The translations under genes were made by a program, and so were the position numbers. The notes beneath the pieces were generated by a model, which had not been told where the DNA came from, ran no database searches, and saw only the letters and a program-made list of their open reading frames with translations. A stretch of DNA of 63,957 nt, counting the filler. It is 7 parts of 7 records of this genome, joined end to end, with 100 filler letters (N's around TTAATTAATTAA, not from the genome) between each part and the next. Parts side by side here need not be neighbours in the genome. Positions count along the whole stretch, not along the records: positions 1 to 19,325 come from SRR7504441_2310; 6 more parts are not named here. The stretch is one strand, 5' to 3'. Within the stretch, counting starts at the first letter, position 1, and each line of letters opens with the position of its first letter. This document shows positions 1 through 12,819 of the stretch, in pieces.

Positions 1-33
1 GAGAAGGAGGAGAAGGAGGAGAAGGAGGAGGAG
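1..33 (+). repeat. (GAGAAGGAG)n simple repeat, encoding EGG in the giant-protein frame
   Basis: Seen directly in the sequence. Confidence 0.8.
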
Positions 34-3000
34 TAGAAGGTAGAGCCCCAGTGATTAACGCAAATACTACACCGCTGAGTAACCTGGCCACTGAAATCCA
101 AATCACTGGATCGAACCTTCAACCTCCAGGAGCCCTTGCAAGCATAGACACTGTCATAAACTTCTTCATTGAAACTGAATATCAGGTTTCAGGCTCAGAG
201 CAGTACACTGTGAGAGCTCCATCTGGATCCGTCGATGCTTCAACCTACACCGACACAAGCCTGACTGTAAAGTTCAAAAAACTACATACCTCAAGGCGCG
301 CAGGGCAAACTGAGCTAGCATGGTCGCTTGCAGGGCCACTCTATGCTGTTATCACAGTTGCCGGTAACATCCAGTGCCCTCGCCCCTGCCTGACTGCTAT
401 ATGCCGCAGGGATTTCATCAGGACAGGCTGTCATGGTAGCAAACATTACGCAGCCGCCATCAATTCTGGAGAGTGAGCTGCGGCATGTGCTCAGCGCTGA
501 TCAAGTCGTGGTAAGCGGCTACAATCTTCCGCCGGCATGCCCGCCACTTGCAAGCGTTCAAGTCAACTCTCTGCGCAACATTGAAGTGCACCGTCCAAAG
601 CTCGACCCGGAATGGCTGCTTCCTGAGTTCTCTCTGGCAGACTGCCACACGTGGGGATTCACACTGGTCATCTCAAATCAGTCTGCATGGTCCAGACTTC
701 CTGGGTTCCTTACTCTCAAGAAATATGGCCTATCCGATGTGCCAACCTCCTGGGAGGGCAATGTCAAGATTGCCAACCTTATTGCGGATTCTCCGTTCAC
801 CCCAACAATTCTTGCAAGCTCGCAAATGCTTGCCAACACCGCATCTGAGATCGTCGTGTATGGACTAAACGTCCTACCTCTAGGAGCCTCTGCAGACGAC
901 ATTGCAATCGCGTATGAGTCTGCAATCCCAGAGCTCTCTCCACTGCAGCGTGTGAGAGGAACTAATTGGACGACGGAATGGTGCACCTGGGGATCACAGT
1001 ATTGTCCACTAGAGCATGTTGATGCAGCGCAGCGCTCTGTAGCTGGCAATGACGTGCAACTTCTGAATGGTGCACAAACCCGAAGCACCGATGCAAGTTG
1101 GGAGCCAGTACAAACAGTCATGAAGCTGCAGATGCGGGACCCATCACTGCTGCATGCCAAGTGCCCTTCGACGCTGATTGGACCAGATGGCAATCTTGTT
1201 GGGAGAGAAACTGAATGTCCTCAGACTCCTGTATTCCTTGCAGAAGGCTCCCTGATGCAGAGTCCGGCAGGAGCCTTGAAGCTGGTGGCCGCAGTGGCTG
1301 GCAAGCGCACTAACTCGGCGACAGTGGCTACAATACAGGCGCCACCAACAATCTACGCGAGCAATCAGACTCTATCTTACATGGCTGAGAGCCTAACTGT
1401 GTGGGGTGTGAATCTGCCGAGTTCATGTTCGAGCCTAGCTGAAAGCATATCTATCTTCATCAGCAATGTAGTGATGTCAAGCATTCACCTCAGCCAAGGC
1501 GACAAGGTCGAATTGACCGTTGATCAGGAATACAAGTTGATGAATTGTTCCCCGAGGAGTTTCATGATTGTTCGAAATCCTGGATACCGCTGGGGCTGGA
1601 AGCCTGGGCACATCTATATTCATCAAGTAGGAGATGCTGTCTTGAATGTCGCAGTCGCTGATACGTCCTCTGTATTTACCTTAGCCCTTACTCCCAGCAC
1701 AGACATTCTCCACAGCTCGGCAACCAAGTTGAAAATCAGGGGCAGCGGGTTCAGGAGTCCTGACACGTTTTTGACAGAGCCGACATCAATATTTGGAGAC
1801 GATTGTGTGATCAGTGTGATATTTTCGGTAGATCTTGGTGCAGCCCCAACTGGTCATGTTACCCACTCTCTGAGCTCATCTCACTTGAACGACGAAGTCT
1901 CATTCTCACTCTCTGGTCTTCGTGAGGCCAAGTCCGGCCCGTTGTACGCTGTAGTCACAGTAAATGGCCACAGCAGTGGTGCCCCAGTCCAAGTGGCCAC
2001 AATTGTATCTCCGGAAGTTTCTGGGAGCACTCGACTCGTCGCTCAGAACGCTGAGTTCGTTCATGTGTACGGGACTGGCCTCCCAGCTAGATGTCCCGAC
2101 CATGCTGACGACATCGGCATAGACGGACTCAGGTTGTGGGACGACTATACAGCCCACGATTGCTCTGAAATGGGCTTTACTCTGATGCTGCACACAGGCC
2201 GGCTGTGGAGCCAGGCAGACGGGCCGCTGGTGCTCACAAGATATTTCAACTCTGGAACAATTCGAGTCGATATTGGGGTGATCGCAGGTAGCTTCGCTGG
2301 GGCTATTACACCATCAAACACACCAATCGTCGACCAAGCAACAGAAATCAACATTCAAGGAACGGACCTTATGCTTGCAGGCGCCGACCTGGCCGACGTG
2401 GCTGTTCACTTCAGGGTGGACAACGGTATAGCGCCACAAGCTGCAAACTTGACAGCTTACACCAACACTGGGTGCTCAGTCTCACTGAAAAGATTGGGTA
2501 GTTCTTGGTCAGGACCACTGTATGCACAACTTACTGTTGCTGGCAAGTCTACAGCTATGACGCAGGTTGCGACTGTGGAGGCGCTGCCTACGGTGTTCAG
2601 TACGAGTCAGAATTTGGCACAGAATGCACAGTCTCTTGTTGTCTATGGTACAAACTTCCCGGAAACATGCGACTGGAGTGCATCTCATTTCGAGCTCTCG
2701 ACCGGGATCAAGTTATGGCAAGATGTGCGTGTGAACCAGTGCAACGCCACAAGCTTTGTGCTCGAGCAAATCGAAAAAGATGGCACGTTTGACCGTGAAG
2801 CTTATTGGTGTGTTGCCAGCGCGTGCTAAGCGTTGAATGGTGTGTGTTGCAGGGGCTCAATTGGTGAACCTCTCCGCATCAAAATGCTAAGAGGGATTTG
2901 GATGGACACAGTGGTTGCCAACATCATTCCACCGTTCAATGGCATTGTTGTGGAGGATGATAGTCAGCTGGATCTTGATAATTGCCACCACACGCCCAGT

Positions 3001-6000
3001 GAGAACACAGACTGTATTGACACAGTCACAATAAACGGGACACTACTTAGACCGTCTGGCATGGAGCATACCGACGTAAAATTGCAAGTGTGGTGTGATC
3101 CTCCTTCTCCCAGCCCACTCGTTGCTGGACTTCCAGTCCAAAGTTCATATTCGAACTCAAGCATTACATTCCAAGTCAGCGGTGTGGGACACGTGACGCA
3201 GACGAGCCGACTTATGATCAGCCTTGTGGCCGCTGGCCGAGACATGACCACAGACATACAAGTCCGCTCTATTGTCAGTGCACCGCTCCGGATCACTACC
3301 AATCACAAGGCAGTCTCAAGCAACGCCCCGTCGATCACTGTTCAAGGATTCAACCTGGGTCACGAGTGTCCAACGCACATGGTTCTATCGAATCAAGAGC
3401 TTGAGCTCGGACGTGACTTCGAAGTGAACAACTGCAGCCCCGCTGGCTTCACACTTTCTCTCATCGAGCCCAACTCATGGCGTGCAGTGGAACCATTCAA
3501 CATAGCTGGGGACGGTGCAGACTCTAGCGCAGCACCAGGGGAGGTGCCAGCTGGACATGAACCTGGAAAATTGCTCTTGTCGTATCTGTCAACCGGATTG
3601 GGCGAATGCCCTGGCCAATACGTCCGATGTCCATACATGATGTATGCAGGCGGGTGTGGATCGCAGCCTTTTGAGCTGTGTAGAGGAATTTATAGCTTCC
3701 CCTTTGCAAATGGAGAAGGGTGCTGTGACGTACCACCAAAACCAGATGCCCACAGAAAAATTGTTGACGTTGTTCTTGGTACCATTGTTCCTTCTTTCGA
3801 AGGTTCAATCACTGTCAACAGATCGCCGCTGCCTAACAAGGCAAAGACCCTGCTGATCCAAGGGCGAAACCTGAAAGGAAATGGGGTCGAGGATCTTGAT
3901 GTCCAGGTTGAGTTGAGTGTCGTTTCTGGACATGCTCCTGATGCCAGCCTCAGAGCAGGCACGTTCACAGCATCGTCATTAGAAGTGGATCTTTCTGACT
4001 TCGAGCTTACACGTGCTGGTCCGCTCTATGCTGTTGTCACTGTTGCTGGGGCCTCTACTGGAGCCCCTATTCAGGTGGCTCGTGTGACCTCGCCTGTAAT
4101 CCAAGCTGCTGACTCCAACATGGCTCAGAACGCAGCGTCGCTGTTCATTCGAGGTAGAAATCTGCCTACTTCTTGCTCATCTGACCCTAATCACATCTCG
4201 CTGGGTGCTGGCCTCGAGCTCGACCACGACTTCCATCTTTCTGGGTGCACAAGCACCGGATTCACAGCCTGGCTACGCCCAGGACACAAATGGGGTCCAC
4301 CAGGTCCGATCACCCTAAGCAAATACTCTAGCTCTGGCACTTTGAGCACAGTGGTTGCTACAATTGTGCCTGCTGTCGAAGGCAGTATTACCGAAAGCTT
4401 GGAAGTTCTCTCGAATGTGGACGATGCTAGACTCTACCCATCGTCTAGACTCTACCCTGCCAACAGTGCTCAGCAAGCCACTCTGCTGACATTTTCTACT
4501 GCTTTGCCAGAGGCATTCGCAGATGACGAACTGGCGAGGCAACGCGATGCCCAGGCAAGGGAAAACCAGCCCCGTCTGCATGTTACTGGCACAGGATTCA
4601 AACCTTCTGGCGTGAGTGAGCAAGACATATTCCTGCGCTTCTATGCTGATGCTGGCTGGAGCCCTGTCGGACACGTTGTCAAGGGTTCTCTGACTGATAC
4701 AGGTTTCACTGTGCGGCTCACAGGCTTGGACAAAACCGAGTCAGGCGGGCTGCACCTCTCGATATCTGTGGCTGGAAAGGCGCTGGACAGCTGTGGCAAC
4801 CTCCTGGGATGCAATACCACTCAGGTTGCTCGGGTGGTAGCCCCAGTCATTGTGTTTCCCAACAACGCACGCTTGGCCAGTAACGCAGAGGAGCTCACCG
4901 TGTCTGGGATCAATCTACCAGAGACATGCCCGAATAACCCCCTAGCGATACTTATTACTACCACCCAGGTACAAGGGGGGCCCGGCCCGACACTGGTACT
5001 TGGTGTCGATTTCGACCTGGAGGAGTGTAGCAGTACGTCCTTCACGCTGGCGTTGAAAACTTCAAAATGGTGGGGCGCTCCAGGTACTCAAATCCGAATC
5101 CGCCGATATGCCTCAAGCCAAGAGTTGGACGAAGTGGTTGCTATTGTTTCAGCCCCTTTTGTTGGTACAATCGCAGATGGCGAAACAACAATAAAAAACA
5201 CCGACACTGAGGTGGTCTTGCACGGGCTTCAGCTTCAACCAGACGGCATCGAAGAGTGGGACCTAATGCCCAAACTGCAAGTGCGCACTTGCGCTAATGG
5301 AAGCTGCACTGATTGCCAAGAACCTTCAATCGAGCCTGAAATCAAACCTGGTACATTCAACGACACGAGCTTAGTGCTGCTTCTCAAGCAACGCAAGCGC
5401 GCCGTCAATTGGGGACTGGGCGGGATCCAAAGCGACAAGAGCACCTCTGGGTTTTCGCACATGTGTGTCGAGCCTGAAGCTGAACAGTTTGTGGTAGCAT
5501 CCATTCGTGTTGGTGGCCGCACTTCCGAGATAGCAACCATTGGGCGATTTTCCGCTCCGCTCAGAGTGATCCCGAGCCGTGACTCGCTGGATCTTGCGGC
5601 AGAAGGTTCCAAGCTGTGGGTAGCTGGGGACAACATGCCAACCGAATGCACAAGTGACTCTGCAGAAATCACTGTCGCAGACAAAATCCTTGGAACCGAC
5701 TATACACTCTCAGATTGCTCCTCGAACAGCTTTGCGCTCAACCTGATCAGAGGGAGAAGTTGGGGCAACTCGAATGGGGAACTACTGAAGCTATGGCGGT
5801 ATGGGAATCAAACTCTGGATGGCATCACTATCGCTACTTTGCGCTGCGTGTTCTCCCCACGCCTACTTTTACCAACAGGCACACGGAACATCCCATCCCA
5901 CAGCCGCAATATCACACTGAATGGAATTAACCTGAGGCCATTTGACGTATCTGCACGGGACATCGAGGTCTTCCTGACCAGTACCGGAGATAAGACTCAC

Positions 6001-9000
6001 TGGGCGCGCGCCCTGAAAGAATCTTACACCAACAGTCAGATCGTGATACAGCCATCTGAGAGCTTTGCACGTGCAGCTGCTGGCAACCTGCAAGCGACTG
6101 TCAGAATAGCAGGGAAGCTAGCCGGCTCGGAGTCGCACGTCGGATCATTAGTGTTGCCTGAGATCGCCCCGCAGACAGGTCAGATCTGTAGCAATGCTCG
6201 AGTACTCAAAGTATACGGCTCATATTTGCCTTCGGATCACTGTCCAGAAGAAACGAAGGACATCCACCTGAGTGGCAACCTCACCTACGGCGAGGACTTC
6301 AATATGGAGCACTGCTCAGCAACCAGCTTTAGCCTCGTCCTACGGCAAGGTAAATCATGGGGCGCAGCAGGGTCAACCCTTCGAATTCTTAGCTACAGCA
6401 CCACTGGCGAGATAGATGTGATCATCGCAAATATCATAGAAATGTTTGAAGGGAAGCTCGAAGCTTCTGATGCTTTGTTACCAAACGCAATCTCAGAGAT
6501 CACTCTTGCAGGCTCGCAGCTGCTGCCATCAGGCGTCAGCATTGAGGCTATATCAGTCACATTCTGGAGCTCTGCTGGAACCAGTCCACTAGGCAGCGTT
6601 ATTGATGCAACATCGGAGTCCATCACAGTGTCTCTCGACCATGCAGACTCTCTGACCGGGCCAGGGCCGCTTCTTGCATCTGTGACTGTGGCTGGGACAG
6701 CAAGCCCGTTTGTGCAAGTGGCGGTGATCACTGCCCGAATTGCTGTCCTGGAGCAAAGTGATAAGTTAGCTCTCAATGCGCCTTCAGTGAGGATAAAAAC
6801 ACAAAACGCGTGGGACCTTGCAGATCGCTGTGCCACAAGCAATGATGTTGTAGTGCTTTTCGGCCTCACTGCAGGCGAGCACTTCACTGTAGCTGATTGC
6901 AGTGAAACTGGCTTGGAACTCGTCTTGAGCCGAGGATCGTCATGGGGCCTAGCAGGTAACAAGTTGATTGTGACGGAGATCTTGGGCGAAGCAGTTAACG
7001 TGAATGTCGCCTCATTGGTTGAAGCATATGAAGGTCGATTGGTCGCTTCCCGTGATCTAATTGCTCTCAGTTCAACAAAGCTTGTGGTCAATGGAACAAA
7101 TCTCCTGCCTGCGGAAGGTTCAGTCGAAGATTTGCGCGTAGCTGTCTGGACAGGTGACGAATGCAAGCTGTCTGCCACTCCAATCAGAGTTACAATGATT
7201 GGAAACTATAGCTTGAATGCGCAGCAGCTCGAGATCAGTATCAGCGGTTTGGCACACTGTGCTCCTGGAAATGTTTGGGCCTCGCTGCAATATGCAGGGA
7301 AATCCAGCACAGAATCACGAGTATCGGCTGGGCAGGCAGGCGTTTTCGAAAGTCCCGGGGGACAATTTGCTGGTGTGCAAATCGCCACCGCTGTCCATGA
7401 AACACGGTTCCGCCCAAGATTTTTTGCCAACAAGTCTGAGCTTCCAAACGTCGCTTCAGAGCTGACCCTAGCTGGCATCCACCTCAACATGCGCAGCTCG
7501 ACCTCAATGGAAGACATCCGAGTTGTTCTCCTTGCTGAGGAAGGAACAAGTCCTAGAGCTGAAGTCATCTCTTACGCAAACGAATCGATCAAAGTTAGGT
7601 TGTATGGACTTCACCTCTCTCGTCCAGGTGCCCTGAAGGCAAGCGTGTGGATCGCCGGAGCTATCTATGCAGAAGGTGTTTTGGTTGCGACGCTTACAGC
7701 CCCTGTCACAATCCGGCCGTCAACTCAGCGCCTGGCTAGCAATGCGCCAGAGCTGCCTGTTTCGGGATTCAATCTACCCCTGAGCTGCCCAATGTACTAT
7801 GGTCTCAGGAGTAATTTGAATAGAGACCCGCAGTATTTGTCGCCAATTGAGAAGAATTGGGTCAGTCTGTCCGGCAGAATACTTGGCGTGGATTTCTACC
7901 TTGAACACTGCAACTCACATGGGTTTCTCCTCCGACTGCTGCCTGGCAAGAACTGGGGCGAGCCTGGGACATCCCTGAGGATCTTCGGCTATGGCAATAG
8001 TCCTGAGGGCATGGATGTCGAAATTGCAATTGTCATAGGACCCTTTGAGGGTTCAGTAGCACCATCGCTATCTTTGCTGTCTGCTGAGCAGCAGATTGTG
8101 GAGATCCAAGGAGAGTTCCTTAGGAATGCCAATGTCACCGAGGAGGATCTATCTATTGTGTTCACCATGCCGGGAGGTAACCCGTCTGTTTTCAGAGGTA
8201 GTGTAGTGCCAGGAAGCCTTACAAACACAAAGTTGTTGGCAACTGCTGCTCACTATGCGATCTCCCACAGATTGAAAACATGGATGCTGACGTCATTGAA
8301 GGACACTGGCAGTGCTATCGAAGCTGAAGCATTCGGACTGCAGTCACTTTCGTTGGCCAATCGGCGTGGTGAGGGCAGCCAGACGAGCAGTGCTCGAGGC
8401 GGGCTTGGTTGGCAGCCTCCTGGACAGCTCTATGTCAACGTCACAATCGCAGGAGTGCTAGCAACAGCAACTCCGGTGCATATGACTCCAGAATGGGACC
8501 TGGAGAATGGGAAGTTGATGCCAGTGATCAAAGGCGCATCGCCACCTGTCTTGATCGCTATCAAGCACGGCGCTCAAGTGACACCCAGACTCCGGAATCT
8601 AGCGGTGGACGCACCTCACGTTCTGTTGCAAGGCTCACGGCTGCCATCGATGTGCTCTCTAGCAAATCAGTCGATCCCTGGGGCAGTTGGGAGCGAATTT
8701 GGGCAGGCAGCAGTTGTGGCGGTATCAACGCTTGATGATACAGAAGTGGATCCCGTTTTCACAGTTGAGTACTGCAATTCGACTGGGACCCTACTGCGTC
8801 TTCAAAACAATCAGACATGGGGCGAGCCCGGTTCGATGCTGCGTGTGCGCAGCTTGGGGCTGTCTGGTTCGATTGATGTAGCAGTGGCACGGCTTATTCC
8901 AACATTTGACTTGACCATCGAGCGGTCCACCAAAGTGGTCCCGAATACCGCAACAAGCATTGTCATTCGCGGCACAAACCTCAAGCCAGAGGACGTGCTC

Positions 9001-11337
9001 GAATCTGAGGTGAAACTGCAGCTTGTCGCACAGCATGGCAGCTCACCTGCTGCACAGCTCCTTCCAACAAAATGGAGTGCAACCGAGGCTGAATTCCGGC
9101 TTGTCGGATTCTCGCTTGCGCGAGCTGGGAGTTTGACTGGGCAGCTTTCGGTTGCAGGCCGGACAACTGCGTTTACTGTGATTGCAATGGTGTCTGAACC
9201 GATTGTGCCCTACCCTTCCAGTGCCCCTTTGGCAGACAATGCCCTGACTCTGGTCGTGCGGGGCGCCAACCTGCCAGATCGCTGCCCAGCCCAGCTGGAC
9301 ATCCCAGGGCTGCGACTTGGGGTGCACATGACGCTATCGGAGTGCACTCGAGTGGGGTTCACTATCTCGCTGATACCACCAGCCAAATGGGGTCATCGGA
9401 CCGCAGGAAAGGATTACATCGGCGATTCTACCAGGGAGTACCTCAAGCTGAGGCGCTACGGAGCCAGCGGTCCTGTCGACGTTGTCATTGCTCGTGTTGT
9501 GCCTAGAGCTCCTTGTACAATTACAGCAGCTCATTTCAGCAGTTATGCCAGCATTAGTGTGCAAGGGATTGGGCTAGAGTCCGAGGCGTATCTATCTGCC
9601 CAACTCTTCGCGGGCTCATCTACTCAGCCACTTACTGAGCTGGACCTATCTCTGAGCACTGAATTTGGCTCCGCCACCGTGCTTGTTGCCAACTGGTGGC
9701 TGCTCGAGAGAGTAGCCAAGAATCGTCCACTATTTTTGTCCATCACTCGTGCTCGAATGGCGTGCGGACAGGCGATCTCAGTAGGGCTCCCACCCTCAGC
9801 TGTGCCGCCACAGCTCAAGAGGCCGATGGCATCGAGGATCGAAGTCGGATTCGGCCCATTCCACCTCCAGCTCCCGCAAGACACTTTCGTCGACCGAGGT
9901 ATCTGCTGCCTGCCTTGCAACGCTCACGAATGTCGTTGTCCAGTTCACAGAGGCAACCTCCAGATATCGGTCCAAGGACTCCCAGCCTGGCTGAAGTTCG
10001 ACTCGTCTAACAGAGTGTTCCACGGGACGCCGCAGCCCTCTGCTGCATTCCAGCCTGTCCACAAGCTCCAAGTGATTGCAACAAGTCCAGTCTCTGGGCT
10101 GTCCGCCCGACAGCAGGTCGAGCTCGCTGTAATTCCTGGACACGTTGTCCGAAACCGTGCCACCCGTGGTGACTGGCTTTGCCCGACCAAGACTGGTAAC
10201 ATTCGGTGTGCAGGGCATTTTGACTCCGAGAGCTTCGAGTTTCCAGCTATAAATCTAGTGCACACAGTCGTAATCCAGAACGAAGGCGGAAAAGCACCAA
10301 TCGCAAGCACCAACAAGTCGCCAAACTACGATAAGGCGACCTTGAGAAGCGACATGGTGTGCCTGAGCCGGCTTGTGCAGGACTTGGTGACGCTTCGCAT
10401 GGATGTGCTCAACCCAGCCTTATCAGAGTGGGAAAACGGTGCTGCGCCCTGGCTGCCACCTGCTGGGCTGACTCCTCTCGCAGTGTGGCTGCGTACCATT
10501 GAGCATGGGGAGCGCTTCGATTTCGATTCACTTGAAATATCAATGCGGATGCGCTCCGTTGCCGGTCTAAGGCTGTCCTGTCAGCCAGCCCAGCGTAAAT
10601 GCTTCCACCACTGGACACGAGTCAGGTTTGCGCTGCGTGCTGATGAGAACTGCGGCCAGCTGCCATTCCTTGACGGTCCTCGCTGTCAGTGGGAGTGGCA
10701 ACGCTCTGGTATGGCTGGAGTGTCAGGCAGCAGCGCTGGATGCCGCTATGTCACCAAGACAGGACCACATTCCGGAGCTGGCGGGAGCTGGGAAGCTCAG
10801 GGAGTTGATCAGGCATTCCGAGTGGACCCTGCTCGGGCTTCAGTGGGCCGAGCTCTCTTCTCAGCCACAGACTTTTCGACTGGTGTCGACGCTGTCCCTT
10901 GGCAGACAGGGTATGCACTAGGCAAGCCCGGCCTGCTGACCGCCTGTTGCAGGCCGTATGGCAACCAATGGCCTCTTGAGATTTTCGAGGTCTGGCCTGC
11001 GTCAGCCTCAATGTTGGGGGGCGGCACGGTGCGTCTGGAGGGCCGGTTCGAGCTGCACGCCGAGTACGAGATCAGATTCTGGGCAGTCTGGGCAGTCTAC
11101 CTAACCGACTGCGGAGCTCCTCAGAGTGCCAGTTCGCTCGAGTGCCCTGTACCAAAGGACGAATTCGGGGTGGCTCGGGGTGCCTGTGGTTCTCGGGGTG
11201 GCTTCGGGGTGGCTGGCAGCTGCAATGGGCAATCCAACACATACCAACTTCAAATACGAAACAAATCACCCTATTGTCACACTTCGTGGCAAGGTGGCAA
11301 GAACGTGAGCTTCACGTTTTTGCCACTATCCTTGTAA
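3..11337 (+). CDS. Giant (>3700 aa, 5'-truncated) probably extracellular protein of tandem Ig/IPT-TIG-like repeats, with a C-terminal dystroglycan-type cadherin-like (He_PIG) domain and an IPT/TIG domain
   Basis: ORFs 51-476, 433-2829 and 2833-11337 join via GT-AG introns 364-409 and 2808-2852 (possibly also an in-frame 8232-8270). The frame is open back to base 3. About 14 copies of GPLYAxVTVAG..VQVA modules alternate with GxNLPxxC..DF..C..F.L..WG modules. LPAWLKFDSSNRVFHGTP and IFEVWPASASMLGGGTVRLEG lie near the end. Confidence 0.8.
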
Positions 11338-11555
11338 TCTTTTTACTTATTTTTTACTTCTTCCGATATAAGACCAGAAAGCAAAAGAATAATGCTGAGT
11401 CGATCAACTTGCTCTCAAATTGTGTGTGTTTTAGTTACAATTGAAATCTTTTGTTTGCATGACTGTGTAATCGTACTGTACCATCATGGATTGCAATCAT
11501 GTGATACGAGCAGCAATGACTTATGTCATGCACGTGATTAGAGCATCGAATGAAG

Positions 11556-12626
11556 CTAGCTTATTGCTTGATCCCTGTGCACTAGGTGTGCAAACTTGAC
11601 CACCGCATCGAGCACAACACACCGCTGGCCCGTGATCATCCGTAGAGCAAATTCAGCGTGCCCTTCATCCACCAGCAACCTGAGCTCGACTCGCGCCTTG
11701 TCCACTCGGCCGCTCTCCACCAGCACTCGGGCCAGTCGGGCTGATTGCTCTGGCGGGACCACGTTGTCATCTTGCCCATGGAGCAGCAGCACCCTGCAAC
11801 CGAGCTGACGGATGGGCTTGGACAGTTCGAGCTGGCTGGGGATAGAGGCATCGGTGAACAGCCACTCACCCGACTGGCCCCGCCGCCCCCTGCACGCCGG
11901 CCGCATCGGCGAGACCTCGGCCACCCCGCGGGCAGCCTCGAACAGCGCGTGGCTGGTGGGGTCGTACACCCCGCCTATCCCAATAAACCCGACTACCGAC
12001 CGAGCAGGCCTGGGCTCCCTCGGGGAGAGCAGGTGGAGCGCGCTGATGTGGGCACCACTCGAGTGCCCAACCAGCAGCACCGGAGCCCCGGCCCGCCACC
12101 GGTCGATCCAGTCGATCAGCCGGCCCAGGCAGTCGGCCTGCTCGAAGCAGTCCCCGTCCGGATAGTATTGGTACCCCGGCACGACGCAGCAGAGCCCGCG
12201 GCGGGCGATCCGCTGACCGAGCAGCCGATAGTACCCGCGCCGGCTGAAGCTCCAAACCCCGCCGTGCACGAATATCACAATCGGTCCGGCCGCCAGGGCT
12301 GTCCGGGTGCAGTTGTAAACGTCCGCGCAGCAGTGCTCCTGCGGACCGTACCGCAGCCCGCGCGCCGAGCCCGGGGGCAGGCCGGTCAGCATCCTGCCGG
12401 CCACCTTTGGGTTGGCGACCAGCGCGGCCAGCCCGGAGCCCAGGAGCAGCGGGGCCTCCGCCAGGCAGCGGTGGGCGGCGCGCGAGTCTCGGAGTGCCCT
12501 AGCCACCCGGCCCGGGATCAGCCCGAGCAACAGCCCCTGCAGGTCCCGCTGCCGCCGGGCCAACCGGCGCACCGCCAGCGCTACCGCCACCACCACCGCC
12601 ACCGCCAGCACATGGAGAGGACGCAT
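11556..12626 (-). CDS. Alpha/beta hydrolase, isoprenylcysteine methylesterase (ICME)-like carboxylesterase
   Basis: Intronless 356-aa ORF with N-terminal hydrophobic anchor, FVHGG oxyanion motif, GHSSG nucleophile, HGQDD Asp and GH His. Confidence 0.8.
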   Translation of the reverse strand: MRPLHVLAVAVVVAVALAVRRLARRQRDLQGLLLGLIPGRVARALRDSRAAHRCLAEAPLLLGSGLAALVANPKVAGRMLTGLPPGSARGLRYGPQEHCCADVYNCTRTALAAGPIVIFVHGGVWSFSRRGYYRLLGQRIARRGLCCVVPGYQYYPDGDCFEQADCLGRLIDWIDRWRAGAPVLLVGHSSGAHISALHLLSPREPRPARSVVGFIGIGGVYDPTSHALFEAARGVAEVSPMRPACRGRRGQSGEWLFTDASIPSQLELSKPIRQLGCRVLLLHGQDDNVVPPEQSARLARVLVESGRVDKARVELRLLVDEGHAEFALRMITGQRCVVLDAVVKFAHLVHRDQAIS

Positions 12627-12819
12627 TCACCGGTCACGGCTGGTCGCTGCAGGCTGCAGCTGCCCGGCTGGACCCGCTGCAGGCCTGCAGTCAGGAGATT
12701 CAGGCCAGCTGCAGGTTCTGGAGCTCAGTGAGCCACGCAAAGTGAAAACCTGGCTGAAATGAAATGTCCTCCCAGCCCAGCGACGGGCAGCTTGCCCTTC
12801 CGAGCTAGGGTGTGAGCCG

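Noticed and set aside
2808-2852. Stop-codon readthrough or alternative genetic code between same-frame ORFs 433-2829 and 2833-11337
   Set aside because: A 45-nt GT-AG intron removes the TAA and restores the repeat's WG motif
4427-4457. Direct repeat CTAGACTCTACCC
   Set aside because: Simple in-frame 18-nt duplication (RLYPSSRLYP); no element signature
11745-12731. Long antisense/overlapping ORFs (also 60084-61151, 62890-63624 and many others)
   Set aside because: Shadow frames of GC-rich coding sequence with no recognisable motifs
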